64,000 nt of DNA from an uncultured Fibrobacterota bacterium (GTDB lineage: Bacteria; Fibrobacterota; Chitinivibrionia; Chitinivibrionales; FEN-1185). Each line of letters opens with the position of its first letter. Positions within the stretch are counted from its first letter, which is position 1. The stretch covers positions 1 to 64,000 of the forward strand of contig CAVSQB010000009.1 of assembly GCA_963729895.1 (NCBI GenBank), given 5' to 3'. The notes under the pieces were generated by a model. The model did no database searches. It was given only the letters and a program-made list of their open reading frames with translations, and had not been told where the DNA came from. The translations under genes were made by a program, and so were the position numbers. Of this stretch, positions 22,656 through 32,576 are shown one piece after another.

Positions 22656-23147
22656 TTCACCGCAAAGGCGCAAAGAACGCAAAGAATTATTTGGCTTGAA
22701 AATTAAAGACTATTTACCAGCCTCTTAATTCCGCTTCTCAGAACGGGAACGTTGAAATTAATGATCAGGCCAAGTTTCAAGCCGGAAAGCCGCAAATACG
22801 TCAAGAGTTGCGCTTCATGAACAGGTTCCAATCGGTCAACACATTTTAGTTCCACTATGACAAGGCTCTCGACCACGATATCCAGCCTGTAAGCGCAATC
22901 AAGTTGTACACCTTTATACGATACTGGCAGCTGCTTCTGCCGTTCGTATGAAATGCCTTGTAAACCCAGTTCATGGCAAAGACAATTCTCATAGGCATTT
23001 TCGAGAAGTCCCGGGCCTATCGATTTATGAACCTCGATCGCCGCGCCGATTATGCTGTTCGATAGGAAGTCTTCCGGCTTTTCCATGACCTATCACCATC
23101 TTCATTATCTTTGCGTCTCTTTGCGAGCTTCGCGCCTTTGCGGTGAA
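22656..23147. mobile_element. GxxExxY gene cassette bounded by inverted CGCAAAG-repeat arms
   Basis: Left TTCACCGCAAAGGCGCAAAGAACGCAAAGA (22656-22685); right arm reverse complement TTCACCGCAAAGGCGCGAAGCTCGCAAAGAGACGCAAAGA (23108-23147); interrupts two permease genes. Confidence 0.6.
22703..23086 (-). CDS. GxxExxY protein (PD-(D/E)XK nuclease-like family)
   Basis: [25 protein letters not shown]...[21 protein letters not shown]. Confidence 0.93.
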   Translation of the reverse strand: MEKPEDFLSNSIIGAAIEVHKSIGPGLLENAYENCLCHELGLQGISYERQKQLPVSYKGVQLDCAYRLDIVVESLVIVELKCVDRLEPVHEAQLLTYLRLSGLKLGLIINFNVPVLRSGIKRLVNSL

Positions 23148-23155
23148 GCCTTACT

Positions 23156-24685
23156 TCAGTCTCTTGTCACCGCATCCAGCGGCGTGATGCTCTGTGCAAT
23201 CTTGGTCGGGTACACCACCGCGATAAACGTCACGATCGCGAGCTGGACGATACTCAAAACGATGTCCATCGTAGTGAGCAACGGATGAAACGTGTCGCCG
23301 CCGAACAGCAATTGCACCATGTCGTTGTCCGAGGTCCAGCCAAAAAGCGCGAGCACATTGACGCCTGCGATGCCGCACAGGATCCCTGCGCCCCCGAACA
23401 CAAACGAGAGCATGGCTGTTTCCGCAAGGAACATGACGGAAATAAACCCCTTTTTTGCGCCCACCGCGCGCATCATGCCGATTTCGGTAGTGCGCTCGAT
23501 GGCGGCCATGCTCAGCGTATTCACGATGATGATGATCGCCACGAAGAACAGGAACATGACAAACACGAACAAAGCGCCTTTGATGATGGTGGCCATGCTG
23601 CCCACCGGGCCCAGGGCCCTTTTCCAGGAAACGGCTCGCACCCCGAGTTTTTGCTCTTTGAGGACCGCGTTGAGCTTCTTGATCGACGACGCTTCGTCCT
23701 CGCCGCTCTTGAGAAGCACGAACACCATGTTGTACGCTCCGGCGTCAACATCAACGGCAGCGGGGGACGGCGCGGCCGGGGTTGCGCGGGCGGAAACAGG
23801 CTTCAAGCTCTTCTTTGCGGTATTTTGCACCATAAGGGATTCGGACGAAAACATGGCATCAAGGTTTTCGTCCGCCATGGTAAACAGCTTCCGATCGGAC
23901 GCGGGTATGGCGATCTTGTCGGCCGCCGCAAAATATCCCAGGCACCGGCGGTACGATTCGATATCGATGACAATGAACCTTCCCCACAACGAATTAAGCG
24001 CACGGTACTGGATTATTCCCTTGATAGCGAGCCGGATGTCGGTGGTGGAATTGTCCTCGTTGAATCCCATCAGAACTGCATTCGTCTTTGGAATCAGGCT
24101 CGCGTAATCGGGTTTCACTTCTTTCGGAAGACGGGAAGAGTCGAGCGTCGTGCCTTCGGGCATGAACCAGATATTGGTGTAGGCCTGGAATTCTTTGCGT
24201 GCTTCCGCGGGCACAAGCGCACCGTGTTCGTTGTCGCCCAGCATCTGGCCGTCAATCACCTTGCAGTTCCCGGGAAACATGCTCCGGTATTTTTTCACGT
24301 CCACACCCAGAAGAAACGCAGTGCCCGGGGTGCCGCCTTCTTCGTTGAGCACCATGGCCATATTCTTTCCGGCAGGCAGGGCCCTTTCGACGTACGGTTG
24401 CTTTCCGAGCACTTTCTTAATGTCGCCGTAGTTGTAAATGGGAGCCACGGCCTTGCCCAGAAACTCGAAGAACACGTTGTCGGATTCCTGTTTGTCGGAG
24501 ATCAGCACCATATCGCCCGTAAAGCTGTGCACGATGGTCCTCTGCAGGCCCGCATCCATGCCCGATATCACACCGTTGCCCATTGTCATGATGAGCGCGC
24601 CCACAAACAGGATCGCGCCGATAATCAGGCTTTTCCCCCGGTGCCGCATGATGTTGCGCCATGCGATTTTTACGATAAGATTCAT
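23156..24685 (-). CDS. ABC transporter permease (FtsX/LolE-like)
   Basis: IAWRNI.RHRGK, NTLSMAAIERTTEIGMMRAVG. Confidence 0.9.
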   Translation of the reverse strand: MNLIVKIAWRNIMRHRGKSLIIGAILFVGALIMTMGNGVISGMDAGLQRTIVHSFTGDMVLISDKQESDNVFFEFLGKAVAPIYNYGDIKKVLGKQPYVERALPAGKNMAMVLNEEGGTPGTAFLLGVDVKKYRSMFPGNCKVIDGQMLGDNEHGALVPAEARKEFQAYTNIWFMPEGTTLDSSRLPKEVKPDYASLIPKTNAVLMGFNEDNSTTDIRLAIKGIIQYRALNSLWGRFIVIDIESYRRCLGYFAAADKIAIPASDRKLFTMADENLDAMFSSESLMVQNTAKKSLKPVSARATPAAPSPAAVDVDAGAYNMVFVLLKSGEDEASSIKKLNAVLKEQKLGVRAVSWKRALGPVGSMATIIKGALFVFVMFLFFVAIIIIVNTLSMAAIERTTEIGMMRAVGAKKGFISVMFLAETAMLSFVFGGAGILCGIAGVNVLALFGWTSDNDMVQLLFGGDTFHPLLTTMDIVLSIVQLAIVTFIAVVYPTKIAQSITPLDAVTRD

Positions 24686-24688
24686 GCG

Positions 24689-25366
24689 CTATTCTTTGGT
24701 AACAAGGCCGTCTTTTATCTTTACCACGTGATTGGCGTACTTGAGCACGTTCGCGTCGTGCGTTGAAAAAATGAACGTGGTCTGTTCGCGTTTATTCATT
24801 TCCCGCATCGCGTCGAGGATCGACGCCCCGGTGACGGAGTCGAGGTTTGCCGTGGGTTCATCGGCCAGGATGATGTCCGGCTTGGTCACCAGGGCGCGGG
24901 CAATGGCCACGCGCTGACGCTGGCCCCCCGAAAGTTCGGCCGGTTTGTGCTTTACGTATTCCCCCAGTCCTACCGCATCAAGCAACTGCTCAGCCTTCTT
25001 CTTGACGTCCATTTTGGAATGGTTCTTCATGAGAAGAAGCGGGAACTCGACGTTCTCAATCGCGTTGAGCACCGGAATAAGGTTGAATGTCTGAAAAATA
25101 AACCCGATTTTGTGCAGGCGGATGTCGGTGATCTGCCGGTCGGACAACGACGTGATGTCCCGGTCCCCAACCCGCACGCTTCCCTCGGTGGCGAAATCGA
25201 TGCACCCGATGATGTTGAGAAGCGTCGTCTTGCCGCTGCCGGACGGGCCGACGATGCTCAGGAAATCTCCTTTTTCGATGGCGAGGTCGATTCCACGAAG
25301 GGCGTGGACGGTGGTGGTGCCCAGCGCGTAGTCTTTCTTGAGACCGCGTGTTTCGATGATATTCAC
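24689..25366 (-). CDS. ABC transporter ATP-binding protein (LolD/MacB-like)
   Basis: GPSGSGKT, LSGGQRQRVAIARAL, LADEPTANLD, STHD. Confidence 0.95.
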   Translation of the reverse strand: MNIIETRGLKKDYALGTTTVHALRGIDLAIEKGDFLSIVGPSGSGKTTLLNIIGCIDFATEGSVRVGDRDITSLSDRQITDIRLHKIGFIFQTFNLIPVLNAIENVEFPLLLMKNHSKMDVKKKAEQLLDAVGLGEYVKHKPAELSGGQRQRVAIARALVTKPDIILADEPTANLDSVTGASILDAMREMNKREQTTFIFSTHDANVLKYANHVVKIKDGLVTKE

Positions 25367-25518
25367 GAACGCCTCCGATCGTTTTTTCCGGGATTGACGG
25401 GCGAAATAAAATAGTATGTTCCGGGAATTTACGCCACCACCCTACGCTGAAATCATATTTTCTTTATGGTATTCCCCGAGATTTGGAATGACCTCTTCTC
25501 TTTTCCGAGGACATGCGC

Positions 25519-26001
25519 ATGCCCACCGTCCATTTTGTCGAAGGCGGCCCCGAGCTCCTTGACGCTATCGGCCCGTTGTGGAAAAAGCTCACGCTCCATC
25601 ATTCGGGCATTTCTACGCATTTCTCCGGCCGGTTCGCGTCCATGCAATTTCCCGAACGTAAACATGACCTGCAGGAAAAGGCAGCCGCGGGCAAGGCGCG
25701 TATCGTGATTGCCCGCGCGGCGGGCAACAAAAGTATAGGCTATTGCGTCGCTGCAATCGATGCCAAGGGCCATGGCGAAATAGAATCGCTGTACGTTGAG
25801 GCGGTCCATCGTACGCAGGGCATCGGTACGGCGCTCGTGCAAAGAATTCTGAAGTGGTTCGATACGGAGAACGTAACGTCTGCTTCCGTCAATGTTGCGG
25901 TCGGCAACGAATCGGCGTTCAGGTTCTACGAACAATGGGGATTTTATCCGTGGGTCACGGCGCTGGTGCGAAAAGGTAAAACAGGCAAACGAAAAAGATA
26001 A
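25519..26001 (+). CDS. GNAT family N-acetyltransferase
   Basis: GEIESLYV..HRTQGIGTAL, GNESAFRFYEQWGF. Confidence 0.88.
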   Translation: MPTVHFVEGGPELLDAIGPLWKKLTLHHSGISTHFSGRFASMQFPERKHDLQEKAAAGKARIVIARAAGNKSIGYCVAAIDAKGHGEIESLYVEAVHRTQGIGTALVQRILKWFDTENVTSASVNVAVGNESAFRFYEQWGFYPWVTALVRKGKTGKRKR

Positions 26002-26179
26002 TTACCCTGCTGCCGGCGTCTGCAAGCATCGTATCAGTTACTTCTGCTTTAAAAACGGCACCAGCAACCTCCTGAAACCCTCCGCGAATGATCTCTTTTC
26101 CTCTTCGGTATCAAGAAACAGGCAGGTTTCTTCGTGGACGGGCACGGTTTGTCTTGCAGAACAATAACATGCAGTTATT

Positions 26180-26369
26180 AAGTGAATGAAGTCACATATT
26201 AACAACCCAAGTCATTTTTATTGTGAAACTGTAACTATTAAATAAATCACAAAGTCGCCGATGTTTATAGCCAATATTCTTTTTTATTGTGATTATTGTC
26301 ACTTTTTTGATTGACTTTCGTACTTTTCGTTTGTATATTTATGGTGTATTAATGTGAATGAAGGTGCAA
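26180..26369 (+). promoter_or_regulatory. promoter and Rex-like boxes of the rex1-kinase-hydrogenase operon
   Basis: TTGACT(26311)-17-TATATT(26334); Rex-like 18-mers AAGTGAATGAAGTCACAT (26180), TTGTGATTATTGTCACTT (26287), ATGTGAATGAAGGTGCAA (26352). Confidence 0.65.
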
Positions 26370-27023
26370 ATGAAAGCAAATCACAGATCGGTTTCGAGAC
26401 TCTCCCGGTATCGCAGCGTGCTGTGCCGGTTCAAATCCTACAATGTCAAATGGGTGTTCTCCGAGCAGATCGCTTCAGCGCTCGGCATTACCGCGGCCCA
26501 GGTGCGAAAGGACTTCTCTCATTTCGGGGTCACCGGCAAACGGAAGATCGGGTATTCGGTGGATCCTATCATAGAGCATCTGAACAAGATCCTCAGAAAA
26601 GACGAACGCAATACGGCGATCATCGCCGGGTTCGGGCCGCTTGGCAAAGCCGTATATAAGGAATACTTTCTTGGAAGCAAGGGGTTGGAGATTTTGGCCG
26701 CATTTGATACTAAACAAGGCATGGAGCCGGAATACGACGAAGAAACCGGACTTACGGTATTCCGCTTCGATGACCTCATAAAGTATGCGGCAGACAACGA
26801 TATCCGTTTCGGCGTTATCGCCATTGCAAACAAAACGGCCCAGACGGCCCTGGATCTGATGGTGCTGGCTGGCATCCGGGGCATCCTCGCCCTTTCGCCA
26901 ATCGATCTCAAGAGCCCAAAAACGTGTTTTGTCAACGCCATCAACGTGGTGCGGGAATTTGAAAACGTGGTCTTCTTTGCCGGCGCTCACGGCCGCGGAA
27001 AACGGAGCGCAGGCGATGCCTAA
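26370..27023 (+). CDS. rex: redox-sensing transcriptional repressor Rex, divergent paralog 1
   Basis: RLSRYR, ITAAQVRKDFSHFG..G....GY, Rossmann GFGPLG, AAFD. Confidence 0.85.
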   Translation: MKANHRSVSRLSRYRSVLCRFKSYNVKWVFSEQIASALGITAAQVRKDFSHFGVTGKRKIGYSVDPIIEHLNKILRKDERNTAIIAGFGPLGKAVYKEYFLGSKGLEILAAFDTKQGMEPEYDEETGLTVFRFDDLIKYAADNDIRFGVIAIANKTAQTALDLMVLAGIRGILALSPIDLKSPKTCFVNAINVVREFENVVFFAGAHGRGKRSAGDA

Positions 27024-28908
27024 GACCAGCATCAGAACAAGGCTGCTGCTTTCCTTTCTTTTGGTAATCCTGGTACTCGGGGCCGTAAGCGCATTGTTCG
27101 GGTACAGCATCATCAAGTCCAACGTAATCAAGCGCGCGCAGAACCAGGTGAAAAACGACCTGAATGCCGCACGCGCCGTCTACGACGGCGAAATCGGCCA
27201 GATGGAAAAATCTTTCCAGCTTATTTCCGCCATCGACAACCCTGCGCGTCTCAAATCGCAACTCGGCCTCGATTACCTGTATGTGATCGATTTCGACAAG
27301 AAAGAATTCGTTCATAGCGACATCGTGCGGCGCGCGTTTATGGGAAACCCGAACGGCGGCACGCGCGCCATCGACAGCGGGGAACTTGCGGCTATGGGCA
27401 ACAAAGTATTCTCCGCCGCGCGTATCGAGCTTAAAGAAACGCCCATGGCGCACCCCACCTCGAAAACCGCACTGGAAAGCGCCATCGCCATGGAATACGC
27501 CATGCCGTTTTTCGGCGAAAACGGCGCCGTAAGCCGGGTGCTGTATGGAGGGAAGCTGGTCAACCGGTATTTCGGGCTTATTGACAAAATACATGACATC
27601 GTCTACGAATCGAAGCTGTACCATTCCAAGCCCGTGGGCACGGTCACCATCTTTAAAGACGACGTGAGAATCGCCACCAACGTACTCGACAAAGACGGTG
27701 AGCGCGCCATCGGAACGCGCGTGTCGGCGCGGGTGTACGACAACGTGGTCGGCAAAGGGAAACCGTGGCTCGACCGCGCATTCGTCGTCACCGACTGGTA
27801 CCTTACCGCGTATGAGCCTATCCGCGACGTGAGCGGCGCAATCGTCGGCATCTTCTACGTGGGGATCCTGGAACAGCCGTTTACCGACATGATCCGTTCG
27901 GTTCTCATGAAATACCTGGTCATCATGGGCATAGCCGCGGTGTTCGCGGGTGGCGTCGCCTTCGTGCTTGCCGGCGCCATTGCACAACCGCTCACCCGCG
28001 TGGCAACGGCAACCGACAATCTTGCCAAAGGAGATCTTTTGCACCGCGTTGAATCGGGCTCGTCCATCTCCGAAATCAACCGGCTTGCGGGATCCTTCAA
28101 CGTTATGGCCCAGAAGCTTCACGAACGCGAATTGGCGCTTGTGGACAAAAACGAACAGCTCGCGGTGCTCAACGGCCGGTATCTCGACCTGGTGGGCATG
28201 GTGTCGCACGAGCTCAAAGGCATCCTCTCGTCCACGGTGCTCAATACCTGCACGGTACGGGACGGCCACCTCGGCGACATAACGGCGCCGCAGAAGAAAG
28301 CGCTCGATTCGGTGGTGAGAAACCTGGAATACTTCGACCATACCGTGCGCAATTTCCTCAACCTCAGCAGGGTTGAAAAACAGGAACTCACGCTGGCGCG
28401 CACCACCGTGGCGCTCCGGGAAGACATCGTAGACGTGTCGGTGGACGCCTATCTGCGCCAGGCGCACGAAAAGGAGATTAACATCGACAACCGCGTGCCG
28501 CCGTCGTATTCCGTTCACGTTGACGCATCGCTCATGCTCATGGTGACAAACAACCTGATCGGCAATGCCATCAAGTACGGCTGCAAACAGGGAAAAATCC
28601 ACATCAGCCTGACCCATGAGGAAACGGGCGCGGTTGTTGAGGTGTTCAACACCGGCCGGCCGCTCACCTGCGACGAAGTGCAGCGGCTCTTCAAGCGGTT
28701 CTCCAGACTTGACGCATGCGTCGATGGCAAGAAGGTGCGCGGCACCGGGCTTGGCCTGTTCTTGTCCAAGGAAACCGTGGAGCGCCACGGCGGAACCATG
28801 TGGTGCGAGCCGCGCGACAACGGAAATGCATTCATCTTTACCATACCAAAATGCGAGGCGGAGACCTTCACGACCGCCTCGGACGTAAAGGAGTACAACT
28901 ATGCATGA
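27016..28908 (+). CDS. sensor histidine kinase (periplasmic Cache, HAMP, HisKA, HATPase)
   Basis: Two TM segments, TIFKDDVRIATNV..GERAIGT, YLTAYEPI, SHELKG, NLIGNAIKY, GTGLGL. Confidence 0.92.
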   Translation: MPKTSIRTRLLLSFLLVILVLGAVSALFGYSIIKSNVIKRAQNQVKNDLNAARAVYDGEIGQMEKSFQLISAIDNPARLKSQLGLDYLYVIDFDKKEFVHSDIVRRAFMGNPNGGTRAIDSGELAAMGNKVFSAARIELKETPMAHPTSKTALESAIAMEYAMPFFGENGAVSRVLYGGKLVNRYFGLIDKIHDIVYESKLYHSKPVGTVTIFKDDVRIATNVLDKDGERAIGTRVSARVYDNVVGKGKPWLDRAFVVTDWYLTAYEPIRDVSGAIVGIFYVGILEQPFTDMIRSVLMKYLVIMGIAAVFAGGVAFVLAGAIAQPLTRVATATDNLAKGDLLHRVESGSSISEINRLAGSFNVMAQKLHERELALVDKNEQLAVLNGRYLDLVGMVSHELKGILSSTVLNTCTVRDGHLGDITAPQKKALDSVVRNLEYFDHTVRNFLNLSRVEKQELTLARTTVALREDIVDVSVDAYLRQAHEKEINIDNRVPPSYSVHVDASLMLMVTNNLIGNAIKYGCKQGKIHISLTHEETGAVVEVFNTGRPLTCDEVQRLFKRFSRLDACVDGKKVRGTGLGLFLSKETVERHGGTMWCEPRDNGNAFIFTIPKCEAETFTTASDVKEYNYA

Positions 28909-29431
28909 GACCACGGCCTGCGCCTGCGGCGGGGCAACGGCAACGGAGGAACAGCTCATGACGCGGCTCGACGATGTGCTTGACGAGTACAGATCGAAAC
29001 CGGGCGCGCTCATTCCTGTTCTGCAGACCGCGCAGACGATGTTCGGCTATCTTCCGGACCAGGCAATCCGTAAAATCGCCAGGGAACTCAACAAGTCTTA
29101 TTCCGAAGTGGCGGGGGTCGTCGGCTTCTACTCGTTCTTTTCCAGATACCCGCGCGGCAAATACCTGGTGCGCGTATGCCTCGGCACCGCGTGCTATGTC
29201 CGCGGGGGCAATGAAGTGCTGGCAGCCATGAAGAAAGCGCTCAAAATAGACATCGGGCAGACGACTCCGGACCGTCTGTTCTCGCTTGACATAGGCCGTT
29301 GCTTCGGCGCATGCGGACTGGCGCCCGTCATCATGATAAACGACGACGTCCACCAGCGCGTGAAACCGTCCAAGGTCGTGGAATTGCTGGACGCCTATCG
29401 GGCGAAAGGCACGGAGGAATCGAACGCATGA
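28901..29431 (+). CDS. hydC: [FeFe]-hydrogenase NuoE-like [2Fe-2S] subunit
   Basis: LIPVLQ..Q..FGYLP, FYSFF, VCLGTAC, CFGACGLAP. Confidence 0.9.
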   Translation: MHETTACACGGATATEEQLMTRLDDVLDEYRSKPGALIPVLQTAQTMFGYLPDQAIRKIARELNKSYSEVAGVVGFYSFFSRYPRGKYLVRVCLGTACYVRGGNEVLAAMKKALKIDIGQTTPDRLFSLDIGRCFGACGLAPVIMINDDVHQRVKPSKVVELLDAYRAKGTEESNA

Positions 29432-32400
29432 GCACGGAAACAATGATTCTCAAAACTATCGGCGATCTGGGCGCCCTCAAAGACAAACTGATGCGGCAGG
29501 ATGCGGCATTTCTCAAGAAGGTTCCGTACCGTATTCTCGTCTGCACCGGCGGCGGATGCCTCGCATCCGGTTCGCTTAACGTCAAGGAAGCCCTGGAACG
29601 TGAACTCGCCGCGCAACACTGCGGGAACAAGGCCGTGGTGATCCCCACCGGCTGCCTGGGGCCCTGTGTTATCGGACCCGTGGTGCTCATCGCTCCCGAC
29701 CGGGTGCTGTACCAGAATGTTTCTCCGCAGGACGCTGCGGACATCGTTTCGCTCCATATCAAGACCGGCCGGATTGTGGAACGGCTTGTGGTGAAGGAGC
29801 CGGTGTCGGCACGACCGCTGCCTCTGCAGGACGATATCGCGTTTTTCAAGCGCCAGACCAAAATCGTGCTCCGCAACTGCGGCATCGTCGACCCGCTTGA
29901 CATCACTCAGTATATCGCCCGCGACGGATATGCGGGACTCGCACATGCACTGACCATGACGCCCGACGCGGTTATCGAGGAAATGCTCGCCTCCGGCCTT
30001 CGCGGACGCGGCGGAGCAGGATTCCCCGCAGGCATGAAATGGAAACTCACTGCCAAGGCGGCCGGGGACGTCAAGTATGTACTGTGCAACGCCGATGAAG
30101 GCGACCCGGGCGCATTCATGGACAGGAGCGTCCTTGAAGGCGATCCGCATTCCGTGATCGAGGGAATGGCCGTTGCCGCGCACGCAATCGGCGCGCATCA
30201 GGGATATGTATACGTCCGCGCGGAATACCCGCTTGCCGTGGAACGCCTCGGCATCGCGCTGGTTCAGGCGCGGGCCGTGGGACTGCTTGGCGCCAACATC
30301 CTCGGCACCGGATTCTCGTTCGACGTGGAGATACGCATGGGGTCCGGAGCGTTCGTCTGCGGCGAGGAAACCGCGCTCATGACCTCCATAGAGGGCAACC
30401 GCGGCGAACCAAGGACAAGGCCGCCGTTCCCTGCGGTAAAGGGGTTGTGGGGAAAACCCACGCTGCTTAACAATGTGGAAACGTATGCCAATGTGGGCGC
30501 CATTCTCACCAGGGGCGCCACATGGTATGCATCGTACGGTACCGAAAAAAGCAAAGGCACCAAAGTATTCGCCCTGGCCGGCGCAGTGCGAAACACGGGT
30601 CTGGTAGAAGTTCCCGTCGGCACCGCGCTCGGCGATCTCATCTACGACATCGGCGGCGGAATCCGGAACAACAAGAATTTCAAGGCCGCGCAGATCGGCG
30701 GCCCGAGCGGCGGGTGCATTCCAAAGCAGCATCTCAACGTGCCGCTCGACTACGAAAATCTCAACAAGCTCGGCGCGATCATGGGATCGGGCGGGCTCAT
30801 CGTGATGGACGACGATTCGTGCATGGTTGACATCGCGCGCTACTTCATCGAATTCGTGCAGGAGGAATCCTGCGGCAAGTGCGTGCCGTGCCGTGTGGGA
30901 ACCAAGCGCATGCACGAGATCCTCAATCGCATATGTGAAGGAAACGGCGAAGAGGGCGACGTGGAACGGCTCATCACCCTGGGCGAGCAGATCCGCGACA
31001 CCGCGCTCTGCGGCCTGGGACAGAGCGCGCCCAATCCGGTTCTCTCCACCATCCGGTATTTCCGCCACGAATACGACGCGCACATCCGCGACAAACATTG
31101 CGAGGCAGGCGTCTGCGCCGGTCTGGTGCGCGCGCCGTGCCAGAGCGCGTGTCCGGCGGGCGTCGACGTGCCGGGATTCGTTTCGCTCGTGGCGGAAAGG
31201 CGGTACGGCGAAGCCATGGGGCTTCACCGCGAGCGTAACCCGCTCGCGTCCGTCTGCGCGCGCGTGTGCTTCCACGCCTGCGAGGGCAAATGCAGGCGCG
31301 CGTCCCTCGACGCGCCGGTGTCCATCAGGGCGGTGAAACGGTTCATGGCCGACGCGGAAAAAGAACCCGCGCTGCCGACGGTTGTTGCAAACGAAAAGAA
31401 CTCGGCTCGGAAAATAGCGATCGTGGGCGCCGGTCCGGCCGGCATCACCTGCGCGTATTTCCTCACACGGCTCGGGTACAAACCGGTTGTGTTTGAGGCG
31501 GAAAAGAAACCCGGCGGCATGCTGGTTCAGACCATACCCGCGTACCGCCTGCCGCGCGCAACGCTCGACAAGGAAATAAGAATGATTGAATCGCTCGGCG
31601 CGATGATGACTACCGGGAAACGCCTGGGCAAAGACTTTACGCTTGCGAGCCTCAGGGACGACGGCTACGAAGCCGCGTTCGTGGCCGTGGGCGCGCAGGT
31701 CCCGCTCAAGCTCAACGTTCCCGGCGAAAACAGCACGGAAGTCACCGAGGCGCTGGCATTCCTTCGTCAATTCAATCTGACGGGAAAAGTGCCGGTGGGC
31801 GAAAACGTGGCGGTTGTCGGCGGCGGTAACGCCGCGATCGACGCGGCACGCACGGCGATCCGGCTTGGCGCAAAAACCGTCACCATCCTCTACCGCCGCA
31901 CCCGTGAAGAGATGCCTGCCTGGGCAGAAGAAATCGAGGAGGCGCACAAGGAAGGAGTGCGCCTCGTGCTGCTCACCGCGCCGGTTGAAATAGTGTCGGT
32001 GCACGGAAAAGTGACCGGCGTGAGATGCAGGCCTATGCGGCCGGGTCAGTTCGACAATTCGGGCCGCCGCAGGCCGGAACCGGTCGATGGAAAAGACTAC
32101 GTCCTTGAAGCCGACCAGGTGATCGCGGCCATCGGCCAGCGCGTTGACACAAAAGAAGTTTTCGACGGCATCACCCTCGCAACCACCGCATGGGGCACCA
32201 TCGAGACGAACCGCGCCAACGGCCGGACTTCGGTGCCGTGGATATTTTCCGGCGGCGACGCCGCCAGCGGCCCGTCGAGCGTGGTCGAGGCAATTGCGGC
32301 AGGCGAACGCGCCGCGGTTGGTATCGACGCGTTCCTCACCGGCGAAAGCCACGCGTTCTGGCGTCACGAAGCGGAGACGGCAACCGCGTTCGACCCGGAC

Positions 32401-32571
32401 GCCGATCCCGTGCCCTACGGCCGGGAAAAGCAGCCGGCAATCAGCATTGACAAAAGGCGCAACAACTTCAACGAGGTTGAACAGAGCTGGACCGAAGACG
32501 TGGCCATTTGCCAGGCAAAACGCTGCCTGCGCTGCGACTGGGGCAAAAAAACAGTGCACGAAAGGAGATAA
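29428..32571 (+). CDS. hydB: NuoF/HydB-like NADH-binding subunit fused to a GltD/NfnB-like FAD oxidoreductase
   Basis: N-terminal [2Fe-2S]; GRGGAGFP, CNADEGDPGAFMDR, GAFVCGEETAL, ESCGKCVPCR; then PCQSACP, CARVCFHACE, GAGPAG, GGGNAAID, YRR, SGGD, C-terminal RCLRC. Confidence 0.88.
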   Translation: MSTETMILKTIGDLGALKDKLMRQDAAFLKKVPYRILVCTGGGCLASGSLNVKEALERELAAQHCGNKAVVIPTGCLGPCVIGPVVLIAPDRVLYQNVSPQDAADIVSLHIKTGRIVERLVVKEPVSARPLPLQDDIAFFKRQTKIVLRNCGIVDPLDITQYIARDGYAGLAHALTMTPDAVIEEMLASGLRGRGGAGFPAGMKWKLTAKAAGDVKYVLCNADEGDPGAFMDRSVLEGDPHSVIEGMAVAAHAIGAHQGYVYVRAEYPLAVERLGIALVQARAVGLLGANILGTGFSFDVEIRMGSGAFVCGEETALMTSIEGNRGEPRTRPPFPAVKGLWGKPTLLNNVETYANVGAILTRGATWYASYGTEKSKGTKVFALAGAVRNTGLVEVPVGTALGDLIYDIGGGIRNNKNFKAAQIGGPSGGCIPKQHLNVPLDYENLNKLGAIMGSGGLIVMDDDSCMVDIARYFIEFVQEESCGKCVPCRVGTKRMHEILNRICEGNGEEGDVERLITLGEQIRDTALCGLGQSAPNPVLSTIRYFRHEYDAHIRDKHCEAGVCAGLVRAPCQSACPAGVDVPGFVSLVAERRYGEAMGLHRERNPLASVCARVCFHACEGKCRRASLDAPVSIRAVKRFMADAEKEPALPTVVANEKNSARKIAIVGAGPAGITCAYFLTRLGYKPVVFEAEKKPGGMLVQTIPAYRLPRATLDKEIRMIESLGAMMTTGKRLGKDFTLASLRDDGYEAAFVAVGAQVPLKLNVPGENSTEVTEALAFLRQFNLTGKVPVGENVAVVGGGNAAIDAARTAIRLGAKTVTILYRRTREEMPAWAEEIEEAHKEGVRLVLLTAPVEIVSVHGKVTGVRCRPMRPGQFDNSGRRRPEPVDGKDYVLEADQVIAAIGQRVDTKEVFDGITLATTAWGTIETNRANGRTSVPWIFSGGDAASGPSSVVEAIAAGERAAVGIDAFLTGESHAFWRHEAETATAFDPDADPVPYGREKQPAISIDKRRNNFNEVEQSWTEDVAICQAKRCLRCDWGKKTVHERR

Positions 32572-32576
32572 AGGCC

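Noticed and set aside
26002..26170. Possible minus-strand gene remnant (VPVHEETCLFLDTEEEKRSFAEGFRRLLVPFLKQK)
   Set aside because: Too short, with no clear start or family assignment
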